Of a DNA stretch of 64,000 bases, positions 62,519 through 64,000 are shown in pieces; position 1 is the stretch's first letter, and every line of letters starts with the position of its first letter. A program made the position numbers and the translations under genes. Location of the stretch: sequence record NC_061418.1. One strand, written 5' to 3'. Below the pieces are notes generated by a model that was not told where the DNA came from, did not search any database, and saw nothing but the letters and a program-made list of their open reading frames with translations.

Positions 62519-64000
62519 TTAGAGTTGAGTGATTTCAATTTCAATCCCGTAGACATTCCCCGCAACAGCAGTATCGGTGTTTTGGGACGTCCCGCGATAT
62601 AAGGCTGGAGGGATAACAATGTCAAAACACTGTCCATTGTTTGCTGAGAAATATCCCGCTTGCATACCCATGTAGGTTTGTGCATAAATCGTGTTTGTCG
62701 TGAAAGACGAATAAGGAGATAATGTCGTCGTATAAACACTATTTGACAGCGTAGTCTCTGCTTTTAATTTTTCGTGTTCAATGACCGAAGCAACATAACT
62801 TTGACCCTGGGTACTAACAGTATACGTTCTACTGTTGACGTGGTTAGAGCCATTTATTCTGATTTCAACCTTGAAGGTACTGTTCACGGGCAAATTCGTG
62901 ACCCTGATAATTCCGTTATCAGTTGTAGCCGTTGCTGTTGAGGTTAGGCTGGTTCGATAACATATACGGGCTCCCTTGGTCTGGATTGGGGAACGCGCAC
63001 CGTATGGCGAATTGCCGTAGTTACAGCGCCCATATGTATACGTACTCCCATCAGATGTCGGGTACGCAAGATTATCCCAGGCCGGATAACTGTTAACATT
63101 ACCCGCTGTAGGAACAATAAGGACTCCGTCCGTATAGCCGAATTGGTTATCATCATTTTGCCATCTAACATCAACGCAACTGTTCAATGTTTCCGTAACG
63201 AAGGTTCTGACCAACGTACCGAAGTTAGATTGTTTAAGGCCATCAAAACGGGTTTGTACTTCTCCCTGCACAAAACCAGAATAAGCCCTGACGTAGAAAA
63301 TTATTTGGGGATCGTTCGCATAAGTTACCCCTATCCAGCCGCCAACATCGAAATGACTAGAGTACATGAAGGCGCGATCAACGTTATTACCGCCACCTAA
63401 AACAACGGCTTTCGATGCCTTCCCTACCCCAGAACCAAAGTTAAAATAATAACGTTTAACTGTTGTACCGTAGAAACTTTGCCACGCCGATTTCGAATAA
63501 AAGAGGATACCTTGTAAGCAGTGACGAATGTTTAAGTTCTCTGCATAGAAGTTCTCTGTCCAAGAAATCTCGTTACAAACCACGACGGCCGCCGAAAGAA
63601 CATAACCATGTGCATGGAAGTTCTTGAGTTCATTACCCCAACCATCTGCGAACCGGACAAAGTGAAGCGGATTGACCGTATCGGTGCAATAAGCGTAAAT
63701 TCCGGACAGTTTACCTGGGTTCCAACAAGGAGCCCCTGCTACGGTATTGAAGAATTTAATACCGTAGGTTTCCCCACCTGTCTTAAACTTATGATTTAAC
63801 TGGACAGAATCCATCCCCGTCCCATCACCGCCACGAATGTGCAATGGGCATTTGGTGACGTCAACTGCGACGCTGCCATAAAACGTGTACATGGTATTGG
63901 AAGGTGGGATAGTAATCAATGTGATATTTTTCAGGCGACTGAATGCTACGGCAGCGGTAAGTGCGTTCGTAATATCAGAGCCTGCAATCACTCCGTAATT
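62519..64000 (-). CDS. Tailspike / depolymerase, 5' end beyond window
   Basis: Frame open to window edge; DITNALTAAV...ITIPPS...YTF beta-helix entry, repeated rungs. Confidence 0.8.
   Translation of the reverse strand, partial: NYGVIAGSDITNALTAAVAFSRLKNITLITIPPSNTMYTFYGSVAVDVTKCPLHIRGGDGTGMDSVQLNHKFKTGGETYGIKFFNTVAGAPCWNPGKLSGIYAYCTDTVNPLHFVRFADGWGNELKNFHAHGYVLSAAVVVCNEISWTENFYAENLNIRHCLQGILFYSKSAWQSFYGTTVKRYYFNFGSGVGKASKAVVLGGGNNVDRAFMYSSHFDVGGWIGVTYANDPQIIFYVRAYSGFVQGEVQTRFDGLKQSNFGTLVRTFVTETLNSCVDVRWQNDDNQFGYTDGVLIVPTAGNVNSYPAWDNLAYPTSDGSTYTYGRCNYGNSPYGARSPIQTKGARICYRTSLTSTATATTDNGIIRVTNLPVNSTFKVEIRINGSNHVNSRTYTVSTQGQSYVASVIEHEKLKAETTLSNSVYTTTLSPYSSFTTNTIYAQTYMGMQAGYFSANNGQCFDIVIPPALYRGTSQNTDTAVAGNVYGIEIEITQL

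Noticed and set aside
93-63799. Numerous plus-strand and alternative-frame ORFs in the track (e.g. 3557..4189, 4520..4987, 13836..14489, 38782..39213, 51587..52048)
   Set aside because: They lie wholly on top of well-supported minus-strand genes, lack RBSs and show no recognisable motifs; treated as shadow ORFs.
1-64000. tRNA genes, CRISPR array, integrase/IS, introns or inteins, recoded stop codons
   Set aside because: No T-loop/cloverleaf pattern in spacers, no spaced repeats, no transposase, homing nuclease or intein motifs seen; standard-code ORFs tile the window with intact enzymes.

Overview
64 kb segment of a large lytic phage genome, most likely a phiKZ-related (Chimalliviridae-like) jumbo phage of an enterobacterial host. 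This is inferred from phiKZ-type TATAT(C/T)AC promoters, paralogous virion proteins and host-like SspB, NadR and PnuC; no chimallin, RNA polymerase or capsid gene is in view. About 100 tightly packed genes lie on the minus strand and only one credible gene is on the plus strand. 1-45 kb is an early/accessory region. It holds many small hypothetical proteins, thyA and dut, two AAA+ ATPases, an HD hydrolase, an orphan HigA-like HTH and SspB. It also holds a dispersed NAD/ADP-ribose toolkit (NadR-PnuC, two macrodomains, a NADAR-like protein, Tpt1/KptA) and an AcrVA2/FinQ-like protein followed directly by two HTH paralogs. 45-64 kb is an array of at least eight tail fibre/tailspike-type proteins, interrupted by a small island containing a candidate structured sRNA. 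I found eight copies of a 27-bp early promoter consensus, a second TTTYTATGAC motif ahead of structural genes, about 20 strong hairpins/terminators and three small ORFs missing from the ORF track. No tRNA, CRISPR array, integrase or IS element was seen. All family calls come from motif recognition by eye and from memory, not from database searches.
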